DNA from: Blasia pusilla
Taxonomy: Eukaryota
Direction: 5' to 3'
Assembly: GCA_050084515.1 (NCBI GenBank)
Contig: CM114271.1
Coordinates: 46,934,001 to 46,998,000, forward strand
Length of the DNA stretch: 64,000 nt
Shown here: piece by piece, positions 1 to 11,900 of the stretch
Position numbering within the stretch: position 1 is the stretch's first letter
Layout of the letters: each line of letters starts with the position of its first letter
Made by a program: the position numbers and the translations under genes
The notes under the pieces: model-generated
The model's input: only the letters and a program-made list of their open reading frames with translations
What the model was told of the DNA's origin: nothing
Database searches by the model: none

Positions 1-125
1 TAGTCTACTAGACAGCAGCGCAAACATTCTGAGGTTACCAGGCATTTTTAACGGAGCACCCAATTAGAAATGAAGTGGACAAGAATTTCCAGTAAAACGC
101 GAGTTCTCAAGAGTATCCCACGTAC

Positions 126-3100
126 CTTCGATACAGGTACACGGCTAAGTAAAATATTAGAAGCAGAATAACGGTGAAGAGACAAAACGCCATGTACAAG
201 GCCTTGTTTTTTGGCTTCTGTGGACAAAAAGGGTCGTCAGTGTTAGAAGAAAATCATCATGGTTTAGACCGCAGTGCTATTCTTTGCGAGTGATCATGTC
301 TCAATCTGCAGCTGGGGGAACTCGAGCTTCAATCCAATCTAAGCTAAGTAAACGACTTAGAATCTCTGTCAGTACCAGACACCCTTACCACAATGCAGAT
401 ATCCTTCATGCTTTTGAGTAACAAACACACAACTTAACTGTCCTAAAATAAGCAGCTTGAATCAAACATGAGGTGGTGACTTAAAACGCACCCCACTCCC
501 CCGAGGAAAATGCTTTTGACCTTTATCACAAGTATGTGAAGAGCAAAATTGGCGCATGAAGAATTCTGGAAAACCCGACAAATGTGTTGTTATAAAAAGA
601 GTAGCCAGTCTACTCTACTCGACTCTTGATCCTCACAGCATGTTAGAGCAGAGTGAGATAAGTCCAGAATTCACAATAGTCTGATCTGAACTCCATTTCT
701 AACTCCATGCACAGAATTTAATGCAGTGATAATGTCCACACAGAGAAACATACCATTCAAGCGCATGACAGTCGCACTCTCTTGAGGTGGGAAACAGCTA
801 TTTGCTAAATTCTGTAATCAAATCACCATATTTTTCGTTATCAGTCCGCCATCAACTTTTGTAACATCAGCAACAAGAAATACAAATGTCATAGCATATT
901 ACAACTACATCACTCTATTCTGATTCTTTCCAATTAAACATGACTAGAACACTCGAGAGAATACTAATTAAAGTGAACTTCAACAGTGGATGAGTTCAAT
1001 AGAATGATAAGACCTCACAAAGAAGTTTGTTCTTGTCCACTGCGGCACGATTGCACTTCCTTTTCTTGTTGGTATGTGTGACACTATCCACATAGTCACA
1101 ATGTATAGCTCCACACACATCTGCAATACAGCGATTAGGACCCTGCAACCAACCCAGCCACAGGGAATCTAATTAGAGGAACTGTGACTGATCCAAAAAC
1201 TATAGGACTTAATTGAATAAGACAATATTCGGAACAGTGACATGATCCATCAACTCATGCCTGCAACCCAAATCTGCTCATCAATGTGCCAGTGGGATTT
1301 TCCCTGGGTAGCTGGTGCAAGAGATCTAAGGAGTTTCAACCTAAGTCATAATTAAAGAAGAAAAAAAACCTTGGATGGTGTTAGGAACATATTAGGAGGG
1401 GGTGAATGTCATGTGAGAAATGACTTGGAGCATAGGTTAAACTCATAGCACATCCATTCACAAAAATGCTCCCACTCAGAAGTTCCTGGCTAAGATCCAA
1501 TCGCCGTTGCAAGAATTGGGCACAAACAGACATGGAGGGTCAACTTTCAGTTACGAGACTAGCGAGGCTTCCTTGTTCTCTCATGTGCACAGAGTGTCAT
1601 TTGACGAATCTCAAAAGCAGTCTGATTTCATCTAAATCTGAGAAAGGAACTTGCTCTTCGTGAAGATCTATCTTTTTAATCATTTTAATTAGGATTTTGT
1701 GATGTCTGGCTTCAGATATATACAAGAAACTTTGTATAATGAGCACAGTAGGATTGACATCCAGCTGTCAGTTGATATCATAATCCACTGACTTGATATA
1801 TCTTTTGTCTTGAAACTCTATTGTCCACTTGCAGTGCAAGAGAGTCACCCTGGTAATATCCTTTCTAGCTTATGGATTCATGCCTGACAATGTGTTCCGA
1901 CAGTGATCTGAAATCTAGTCAAATTTTATTGGACCAGGACTGTTTATGCAGGGTGACATAAAATAATTTCATATCACGTTAACAAAAACACACACATCTT
2001 TCATGATATCCCTGGACAACCAGAGCTGCTAAGGGTGGTAATCTGTAGGTCATGTAGACACCCACAGCCATTTAGTTGAAGACAGAAATAACCCTTCAAC
2101 TTATGAAAAGGCTTCAGGCACTTACAAGATCCAGCATTTCATGATGGCGATTGTCCATATGTTTATCCACAAAGTCTTCAGTGCGGAAAATCTTTTTGCA
2201 ATAACCACACTGCCATTGTGATGGGCGGAGATTATCCTTCTGCAACTCTTGGTCCCTGAACATGTCATTTTCAGGGTTCAACCTGCATTTGCTTGACATA
2301 TTGAAATGCTCCTGCTCCAGGAATGGGAGTAAATACTGCACAAGCCACCAGAACATTGACCTACCATTACACCATCAGCATGTGAATACCAGTTCAATTT
2401 CAGTCATTTTTAGCATTTCTTTCACATAAAGTTTCCTTCTTTCTTACCAAGCTCAAACTTGGAATACACAACTTTGCCTTCTGCTTAAATATTAAGAAGG
2501 AGAAAATCGATAACACTCCACTCCGGACTCTAAGAGATCGAAACAAAAACTATGATTGCTTCTGCTAGTACCCAAGGGCTTCATTCTTTATAAGAAAAGC
2601 CCTATGATAGATATCACACAAAACAGAGTACCTAATGCACTGGGGGTAATCCTGACAATGAAAATGCCAGGTGACTAGAAATCACCTCCTCTATGATGAA
2701 GCGAGCTGTCCTGCTTCTTGGTCTCGAACAATGTACTTGAGTGTCGATCCCTACCTGCTCACTGAAAAACACAACAGAGACTCCATGCATGCTCAATGAA
2801 TCTCAGAGCACGGAATGTCAACCAGATATCACGGCAACACATGCTCTCGTGAAAAATGTGTTACCAGCAACATGTTTTTAGACACAGACAACTATCAGAC
2901 ACTCTGATGTACCAAATACAGTGAGATGTTCTAGTGAAGCACAAATCCATGTCTTCCATGAGGTTTTGATTCTGGAAATATCTGTTTGTGAGATTGATCA
3001 TGAAAGAATGCCATGATAGAGAGTTTGTTGAAAAAAAAAGTGAATGACACACATTGAGAATGAACTGACACATTTCAAGCACACAGGACATCGTTTCATC

Positions 3101-4259
3101 ACAATGAACTCCTCAACTATTTGAAAGAGTACCTTGCTCCATATCCTCCTCGTCCATCCTGTACAGGCAAAGACAAATTCAGGCGTGATTATGCGTTGGA
3201 GACGATCCTACTCAGAACATCAACTTACTCAAGTTGCACCTTTCGTCTAATGTAAAATTTTGAGCTTTACAGAGGAATCTTAATTTTTTTTAAAAGAGCC
3301 CAATCGACATCTAACTATCACTTCAAGCTGGTTGAATGCAGAGGCATCTGTGCGTTTTCCGGACATAAGAAATTGAATGATCATAACCTCATAACACAAT
3401 CGCCAAAAGGTGTCTGCAGTGTGAACTGTATACAAGTTCCTCGTACTGGAAAATATGCATGTCCAGCAGTGGGTATGGTGACCCTTTGGTTTAAACAAGA
3501 TGAGCAGAGAAATTCACTTCTCAAATTTGAAGAATCTGGCTTTCAATGGAGTGAGGCTAAGTTACTATCTACAGCTTATTTTCGATAACAATAGTCAACA
3601 ACAAATTGGTAATGGGATTAGCGGGAATTTCCATCCACTTAACATCAGCTCCCCACGAGCAATTCTAATAAGCTATCCCTCCGCGGGAAACATTAGAGAA
3701 GTAACTTGTTACTCAGATTGTCAACGACATGGGGATTTAGCCACTGCAATCCAACAAGACGAATGGGTCGATTTGGCTCGTGCGGTGCGAAGGTGCCATT
3801 AACACAACTGAAAATGTCCGACCTCTTGCTTATGAGCAGATAATGAAAAGCGTAAACACGTAAGGGTACCAGGCATCCGGGACAAGGAGAGGTAACGCAC
3901 ATAGAAGGTAAGTTTCGGGACAACTTAACTTCCTCATCATTGTAGGAGATTCATGGAGCATCATGAATCTCCTACCAATTCGGAGAAAATCGGGAAGTAC
4001 GAATAAAATCGTAAAGCGGACACAGCAGATAACCTCAGCACGATCCAGAGAAGGGCCAATTTCTCCACACAAATCCCATCACTCTCTGAATAATTGAACC
4101 AACCCCGCAAACCCCTCTACGGCAAGGCGAATTCACCACGGGGAAAGTGCAGACATGAGCACGTACCGACAATGTGAAGGAGCTGCAGTTTGTCACGAGG
4201 AAGATCAGGAAGACACAAAGCATGAAAATCGTCCACCTACGAACACCGTTTCCCGCCAT
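126..4259 (-). CDS. C2H2-like zinc-finger family protein with N-terminal signal peptide and C-terminal transmembrane helix (AT5G63280/AT5G40710-like); 3' end runs off the window
   Basis: Manually spliced exons (minus strand, GT-AG, phases consistent): 4259-4167 (MAGNGVRRWTIFMLCVFLIFLVTNCSSFTLS), 3158-3133, 2761-2686 (VHCSRPRSRTARFIIEE), 2335-2126 (YLLPFLEQE...WQCGYCKKIFRTEDFVDKHMDNRH), 1142-1014 (CIADVCGAIHCD...KCNRAAVDKNKLLCE), 811-754 (NLANSCFP), 565-492 (FFMRQFCSSHTC), 217-126 (hydrophobic ALYMAFCLFTVILLLIFYLAVYLY). The motifs match the plant family as recalled. The final exon lies before position 1. Confidence 0.9.
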
Positions 4260-5453
4260 GATCGGCCAATCCTCGAAGCTCAACCTAATGGCACCCTGCC
4301 GCACAGAGGGCAAACAATTCCTGAATCCGTCAGCTCGCGCAAATCAGCTTCAACACTATCAACATCCAAACCTTGACCAGAAAAGAAAACTCTCATTCAT
4401 GCCTATTCACTCCGATCCCCATCACAGACCTCCCCTCCCCCTCAAGAACTCCCAAGCAGACAGAAACGAGATGAAAATAAATAAATTTCGAACTATTAAA
4501 AAATAAACGTTCTTTACTCATCGCCTCAAATAGAGAGCAGAAGTCCGTGCAGGAAGCCGTTCGATTCCATCAAGCTAACACCGATCAAAAGCCTAATCAC
4601 ATGCGAACGAACTAGGTGCTGAAATTACTCACGCATCCGAAGCTGTGCGGAAATGCAGGAGCGCGCGAGGCGGCCCATAGATGCCCCTCTGGCGCATAGA
4701 TAGAAGTTTATCAAGGCGAGTTTCTAAGTCCATTCATGCGCTCGGAGCGGCGCTAGTCGACGGACAGCCATGTCCTCTACTTAGGAGCGACCTCCAGATT
4801 AGGCGGGCTTCCAAGTCATCTGAAGATCTAGGAGCGGCAGTGAGCCGACAGACAGCGATCCCCTCTACTCTGGAATCTGGAGTAGCTTCCAGATGAAGCG
4901 GGCTTCAAACTCACTTGAACGGCTGGAGGTAGAAGAGCTAGGAACCCCCGAGCCCATCTACACCCATCTTCTCTACTTTGGAGCGGCCTCTAAACTGAAC
5001 CGGAGAAGAACCAAGAGTAGTGAGCTACAACTATGTTTTCACAAGAAATTTTTACAAAAGAGGCTTTAATAAAAAGCGGGGAAACTACGAAAAATTCCAT
5101 TCCATTCATACAAATCCATATATAATTTGGTGGGTCTTCTTGTTTCCATTCCACAATAAGCACTATCAAACCTTACATAATAACCCCCATTTCGTGCAAT
5201 AATAGGATACTAACCCCCTCTCCATACCTTTTCCTTTTCTTTGCATATATAATTTATAGTTGCAAAGAGCTAGACAAAAGTAAGTTGAAAATTGTGACCC
5301 TAGTGCAGTTTATCCCATTTGCAAACAAGATTGTAAAACACCTACAAGATAACCATATTTTTATAGCTTATGGCAAATGTATAGAATTGGAACACGTGAC
5401 AACTATGATAAAGTAGAACCAAAATTTTATGGTTGTGGTGTGACTCTCTTCAA

Positions 5454-5704
5454 CATTGTTGCACACAAACGGACATGGATTGGAAGAGAGGGGACCCAAA
5501 CTTATAGTTCAGGATGGAAGGTAGGACAAGGGCAATTAGGGCAATAAGGGGGGAGGGAAGAAGAAACAAGTGTATGGAACATGAAGGCAAGTGGGGGAAT
5601 AAGAAAGAAAGGGAAGATGGGACCCACGTGGACAAGTCCTTCCATAGGTCAGACGTAAGCCCATGGACATGTCCATGGATTAGGATTTTATCCATGCAAG
5701 CTTG
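5454..5704. mobile_element. hAT-type MITE, copy 1
   Basis: Degenerate TIRs CATTGTTGCAC / ATGCAAGCTTG, flanked by 8-bp near-duplication CTCTTCAA (5446-5453) / CTCTTAAA (5705-5712). Internal sequence is homologous to 24705-25000. Confidence 0.75.
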
Positions 5705-6281
5705 CTCTTAAATCAAAAAAATGTTGTATGACATCGTAACCACAGAATATACGATCGGACAAATCATTTGTTTGTAGCGACTTCCTTAACAATTATAGTA
5801 GAGTGAAGTGAAAATCATAGAGGAGGTGGAATTCCTTTTGATATTTTCTCCATCAAGGTTTACATATGCAACAATAATTTCTTGTACTTTTGTGAGGATC
5901 ACTCTTTTTGATTGGGTCAAGCATCCCTTCAAAGCAACTAAAGTAAGATCCAATTAACAATGTTTTAGGAAAATTTGAATTTCCACACAAAATGCTTGGA
6001 AGGGAATTAGGGGATGTCACATTGCTAACTTACATACATTGATTATTGTCAACACATATCTAAGATCTATAAATCTTTTGAATCCATTTGAAGATGGATG
6101 ACATTATACACTTTAGATATTAATCACCTCTATCTATAATTATAACCTTAATCTCAACATTGGCCTCTAAGTCAACTCTTGGAAAGTTTTTTTTTTATGG
6201 CAATAGTTAATACCTTTGGGGCTCAAGATTCACATGATATGCCAAACTTTCATAAATGCCACCAACGAAGATTAACTCAAG

Positions 6282-6359
6282 AGGACTAGTGTGTCTATCA
6301 TGTTATTCCGCACTAACGTACTATGAGCATAGGCTTGCTTTGAGCACTCTAATTTTCTT
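6282..6359 (-). pseudogene. Short decayed 18S rRNA gene fragment
   Basis: Reverse complement reads AAGAAAATTAGAGTGCTCAAAGCAAGCCTATGCTC...TTAG...GGAATAACATGATAG...GTCCT, which closely matches a conserved plant 18S rRNA segment as recalled. Only about 80 nt, with substitutions. Confidence 0.75.
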
Positions 6360-6559
6360 GTAGATGACATATCCAAAAATAATAGCCTTTATTGCTTGTC
6401 CACAATAAAGGATGTATCCATACTATAGTGCGTAATCCCACAAGTAGAATAAGAGAAGATAGCAACCATAATAGGACAAGATAATAATATGTTACTATTT
6501 TTTCTTGCGTGTATTTATTTTGTAACTTGTTACGGGTTTGAAAAGAAATAAATTTTTTT

Positions 6560-6985
6560 GGGTAGTAACTATTGTAGGAAGTAGTAGGGTTTAATTTGTT
6601 TTGTGGGAGTTATATTTGTGAGAGAGTGATTTAGTGGTGGATTTTATGTATATGAGGGATGAGTTAAAACTTAGTAGTAATTATTATAGGAAGTAATCAG
6701 ATTTAATTTGATTGGGGAGGATTATATTTACGGGAGAAGGGTTTAGAGGAATGCGTTAAAACTTAGTAAGAATTATTGTAGGAAGTAGTAAGATTAAATT
6801 TGATTGGTGGGGATTATATTTATAGGGGAGTGGTATAATGGTGATTTTATGTATGTGAAGAGTGGGTTAAACCTTGGGTAGTAATTATTATAGGAAGTAG
6901 TGGGGTTTAGTTTGATTGATGGGGATTATATTTATGGGGTAATGGTTTTGTGGTGATTTTACGTATATGAGGAGTGAGTTTAAAA
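6560..6985. repeat. Degenerate tandem repeat, about 4 copies of a 90-114 bp unit
   Basis: Unit core GTAGTAAyTATTrTAGGAAGTA...TTTAATTTGATTGG...GGATTATATTT recurs at about 6560, 6671, 6762 and 6875. Confidence 0.8.
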
Positions 6986-7500
6986 AATGTCCATTTTTTA
7001 ATTTCATTTTTTTCTAACAATTCTTTACAATAATATCTCTTTTCGCTTATAACGCGAACATGTTAACTAGTACACTTAAAGGGGGGCATGGAGGAAGAGA
7101 CTAGTTAATAAAATTTTCCAAATCATTTCTAAGATATTGTGAATAATGTAGATAGATGTTTAGACGAGTTGCCGATTATGGCCTTCACCCAGTCAAACTT
7201 TTTTTTAATCCGGATGAATTTAATCAAATCGGAAATAATATATGTATAAAGCATCTTGATTTGTCCAAATTTTTAGTAGTATATATTTGTCATCTTAGGT
7301 AGAAGAAAATAAAAAGTTAAAATCAAAGTGTTCTAATGTTTCTCATGGTATCGTCGCATGACTTCATCTACAACTATACTATTAAAGGTGGATAGATTCT
7401 TGATTTGCAAACGCCTCTTTGTTTGACATATGACATTGGGATGGGCACCAAGAAGTTACGAACATCGAGACAAAGCAAAATTGCTTTCGCAACACTAAAG

Positions 7501-7573
7501 AACGTTTTAGTGTATTCTATGCGGAGTTGATAACATCATGTTATTAACTCCGCATATCATACACTAGAATGTT
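7501..7573. repeat. Near-perfect inverted repeat with 36-bp arms
   Basis: Arm 7501-7536 versus arm 7538-7573: 31/36 Watson-Crick pairs, 3 G:T and one 2x2 mismatch. Confidence 0.85.
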
Positions 7574-7697
7574 TACTACACTTACCCATAATTAATCCTA
7601 GGGACAATTTAAGTGTAAATAATTCCTGTGGGATCAGCGGCTTCCATGCAAGGATTAAATTTCCATGAGGCTCTTAAATAATTTCCTTAACTTAACA

Positions 7698-7931
7698 CTA
7701 GTAGGTACCCATGCCATGCAAGGGCTAACTATGGGTAATTTGAATTACCATCATTATTAAACCCTAATCTATCCCAAATGGACTCCTAATTTGAACCAAT
7801 AGATCCCAAATAGGCCCTTATTTGCTTCAAAAATAACCCTAATTTATTCAAGAACAAATATCAATGTGAAAATTAGTGCGAAATTTGAAAAGGGATTCTA
7901 AACTACGTTACTCAGGTACAGTATAGTAGTC
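7698..7931 (-). mobile_element. Putative short Helitron-like element
   Basis: On the minus strand, hairpin CCCTTGC-ATG-GCATGGG followed by TACCTA-CTAG-T (CTAG at 7698-7701). A 5'-like ACTACTATACTG lies near 7919-7930. Confidence 0.4.
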
Positions 7932-8981
7932 ATTAGCATAAGAAGACAAATCCAAAGGTTACATGAACTTTCCTAACCTATTATCCAGAAGAAAAGGATA
8001 CGAGTAATGTTTGACACGCCTCATTAAACCCTTCCCTCATAAGAACGACGTTCGGACAGCAAGGCGGTCTTCACCGGAGGTGACCGGCCCCTGTGTAGGG
8101 CACGTCCCTCTCTCTCTACCGTGAGTAGCAAACCCGAGCGACGAAAAATGTTTTGGAGTCTTCCAGTGGATTTCGAGTCACTGGAGAAGGCCGCGAGAAG
8201 GCCGACGCCACTCCCGATTCTCGGAACGACCTCACGGAGGGCAGCGCAATTCCTGTACTCATCATCCAATTGTAAGCAGTCGGTCTTGCACATGAGGACG
8301 AGCAGCGGATGTGATTGCTTACTGTGGTTGTGGTTCGCGATTTGATGTGATTGGATAGCTGCCACGCGCTCTCAGAGAGTCAAGTTCACGTCGTTGCTCG
8401 TCTTCGTTTTTCCCTTCAGTGGAATTCTTGGTTTTCCGTGATCGTAAAGCGCGGAAGATTTGTGGCGGAGTTTTCGCACCGTTGCTGGATAGTACCTGTG
8501 TCGAGATAGCAGTATGGTGACCAGGGAGCCGATCCTTGGGGACTCATTTGCACAATATTGTTTGTTATTGTCTGATCGTTGCTGTCTGTGCAGGGAGGGA
8601 ATCCGATCGTTCACGATTTTTTGCTCACAGTATGGTTTCAACGGATCGGGCTGTGCTCTGAAAGCTGGATGAGAATTTGGGACTTTTCTTCGCGGATGGC
8701 TGTGGATGGCGCCATGAGAATCCTGTGAGCTTTCAGGGATTGGAAATCCGCACTGCAGCTTGATTAGGTTGGATTGAGTGATCTTTGCTAAAGCAGTAGG
8801 ATGATTGCGACGTCCGGCTACGGACATGAGTTGCTTGCGTGTCGTAAAATGGTTGTGTATTCCGACGGACGATGAGACCATCAGCGGTTCACTTTTACGG
8901 AGTATCGGTAATTGTTCAATCCGTGCGTAATGCAAACGTGATGGGGCTCAATTCTCCATATCCCAACTGTTGACCCGCGTG

Positions 8982-11900
8982 ATGGATGCTGAAGTAGCAG
9001 ATATGGGAAGTGGTTTGGAGGACGAGGCGGCTCTTAGTGATTTTGAGGATGACGACTTGGAAGCAGCGCCCGTGGTGTTACCTACCTCGACAAATACGAC
9101 ATCTGCGGAGAGTCTGAAGTCTACTCTGGCCGAATTAGAGAAAGAAAGGCAAGCTCGTAAAGCCGCTGAAGCTGCAAAGACTGAGGCAGATTCGTCAATA
9201 GCTCGTCTGACATCGTACGTCCGTGAGGTGATCAGACAAAGAGACGAAGCTGTGAAAGGTAAGGAGGATCTTTCCAGGCAGCTGGAAGAAGCTTTGAAGT
9301 CGAATGAGGATATCATTAGACAACGGGATGATATCGCGAGACATAAGGAGGACATTCAAAAGCAGAAAGAAGAAATTAGTCGAGCGCGAGACGCCTCGAA
9401 GTCTGAGATTTCGGAAGTCGCTCGCATTCTGGTGACTCAAGCGGAAAAGATTATGTCCATGACCAGTGGCGTCCGAAACTTCTCTGGCGGTTTGCCGAGA
9501 TTTCCCAAATCCACAGGTCTGGCTGCTATTGCTCTCGGCTTTGGAAAGAGGATGGAGGAAGTCGTGGATGAAGTTCTTAAGCAGAGAGAAGAAGCTGTCA
9601 AAAGAAGAGACGAAATTAATATGCAAATGGAGCAGCGAAATTTCAGCATAGCCATCGAGGTCTCTCAGTTGGAAGCTGCTATTACTCAGTTGAAGGATGA
9701 GGTGGCAAACAAATCCTCAGAAGCAGAGAAATTGCAAAAATTAGTAACCGTGAGGGACGGCCGAATTGCAGAGATAGAGAAGGCAATGCAGGAACAGCTG
9801 GGGAAGACGAAACATGACGCTGAAATATGGAGGAACAGAGTTGAAGAGGTTGAAGGGAAGTTGGAGCTTGTCGATACATATATTTTGGAGAATACAAATT
9901 CTTCAGCAAAGGCCAGAGAAAGTCTTCTGGAAGTACTAGATCTGATGGACTTTCAGCCATCTTCGAACCCCCTTCAATTTAATTCAATGGCATTTGACAA
10001 TGTTGAGGACCGATTACATCAAAAATTCCTAGGAGGAGGACGAGAACTGATAGATCTTGCAGATAGAGTTAAGCTTGCCTGGCAGCACTCTCGAATGAGT
10101 TTTGACAAAGACAAAAAAGATTTGGAGAACAATGTGAAGATTCTAATTGAAGAGCAAACTGAGCTCAAATCCAAGTCATCAAAACTCGGAAATCAAAACA
10201 CAGTACCTGAAGACAGAGAAAACACCGGGCTTGTACAGTTTTCTCACGTTCCAGTTCTCTCGAAGTCAATAGAGCCAGGAGTACCAGATGAAGGGAATGC
10301 TTCGCCAGAGTTAGAGACAGCAGATGCAATGACCAATTTGAATCCAGATACTTCAGACTTTCACAGTGATGAAAGTACAGGTGAACAGACGGAGACTCGT
10401 GAAGCTCCCCAACAACGTTCTGTAAGAATTCTCCGACCAGGAGTTGCTGAACTCGAGAAGAAAAACAATGAGATGCTCTCAAAGGTATGATAGCAGCATG
10501 AGGGACCACCTGTAGGAAGCATTGTTCTGGATTACTTGTTAGAAAGAACCCAAACTGATGAAGTCGTAAGTCACTACTGGACCATCTTTTGGGCCACTGT
10601 TCTTTTTAGTGAACACTTTCTTTCCCATGGTGCACTGGGCTCGTAGAAGTGGTTATGATAAAGTGAACGACAGGGGAATTCTGAAAGCTTAGACATTCAA
10701 GAAAGTGGAGAAGAAGAAGGTGTGGTAGGATTTTTTGTTGTTAAATAGCATCTTAATGCATAAAACTAGGAAGTTCCAGTCTTGTGGATGTAGGTAGCTG
10801 CTTGGTTTAGCTCATGTAGTGGTTACCTTTGCCAGATCTTTGGACCTCTTTGATTTGCAAGTAGAGGCTGGGGAGAGTTGTTTGTCATTCATCCCCGTCA
10901 ACTTTGATATCTTGGGAGTAGTATTTAGCACATGTACTGAGGCATGTTGAGTTGTCTATGAAATAGATTTGCAAAAGCTCCTTTTATGCTTTAAGCCTTG
11001 TTGTTGAACCAAAGGGAAATGATATTTTGGATGGTCCCAGATATCTGCCTTGGAGGAGGAGGTTAGGTACTTGCAACAAGAGCTCCAAAAGACATCCGAC
11101 AATGCAAGGTTTGACCAGCATGGCCTTTATCACTGATAGTGGCTCCCAAGTTCTTGTTGCGACTCCTGAGTGCACATAAAAATGGTCACGAGGATGTCCT
11201 AAACTAGAATTTTCTTGCACTATCTAGGAAATGAACTAACTGTGGTATGTTGTTGAAAACGAAAATATGATGGGATATAACAGGACCCATAATAATTTGA
11301 AGAGATTGCTCGCTTCTTCCTTTTGAAACTAGTGAGAACTTAAAGACAGTAGGAGAAAGGTTGAGTTGTGCTGAGTCTGTACTCTACACCCTTGTGTCTG
11401 TCAGATATTCATCAATTTCTAGAGAAGAAATAAATAGGAAAGTTTTAAATTTAGGGTTTCGTTGAGATTTCAAGTCTACGAAGTGATAAGAGCTTTGTTC
11501 CTAAGAAACGCAACTGTTACACGATAAGCAGGGTTTCAATTGACAGACTACAGCTGATGCTGGCAACTCAAGCAAAAGATATTGCGAGGAAAACGGCTTT
11601 CATTGTAGAGCTGGAGAAAGATGGAAAACAACACGTAAGTGGCCTGGCATTGTATACTCTATCAACTTTAGAGCAATTCATTGAAGATGATGAGATGTAT
11701 CCAAAGGTGAGTGGCTGTAGTCTTAACATCAGGAAACATTTCTGAGTCTGGTGAAGGGCTTCCAGTTGGGAATAGAGTTCTGAGTGTTATCTTTGTGGAC
11801 AGATCGAGACACTTACGCGTGAACTTTTAGCGGCAGAGGAGGATGTAGCCAGGTGGAAGGAGGCAGCTACCGCAGAGGCTGCTGCGGGAGCAGCGCTTCT

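Larger units (their letters stand above)
6133..7070 (+). mobile_element. Putative non-autonomous Helitron
   Basis: 3' end: hairpin TTCGC-ttataac-GCGAA, then CTAG (7067-7070) followed by T. Candidate 5' A|TC ends at 6133 (TCTATAATTATA) or 6417 (TCCATACTATAG). Contains an internal tandem array. The 5' boundary is uncertain. Confidence 0.45.

Noticed and set aside
8372..9655. Minus-strand ORFs of 72-187 aa
   Set aside because: Antisense shadows of the coiled-coil gene and its leader.
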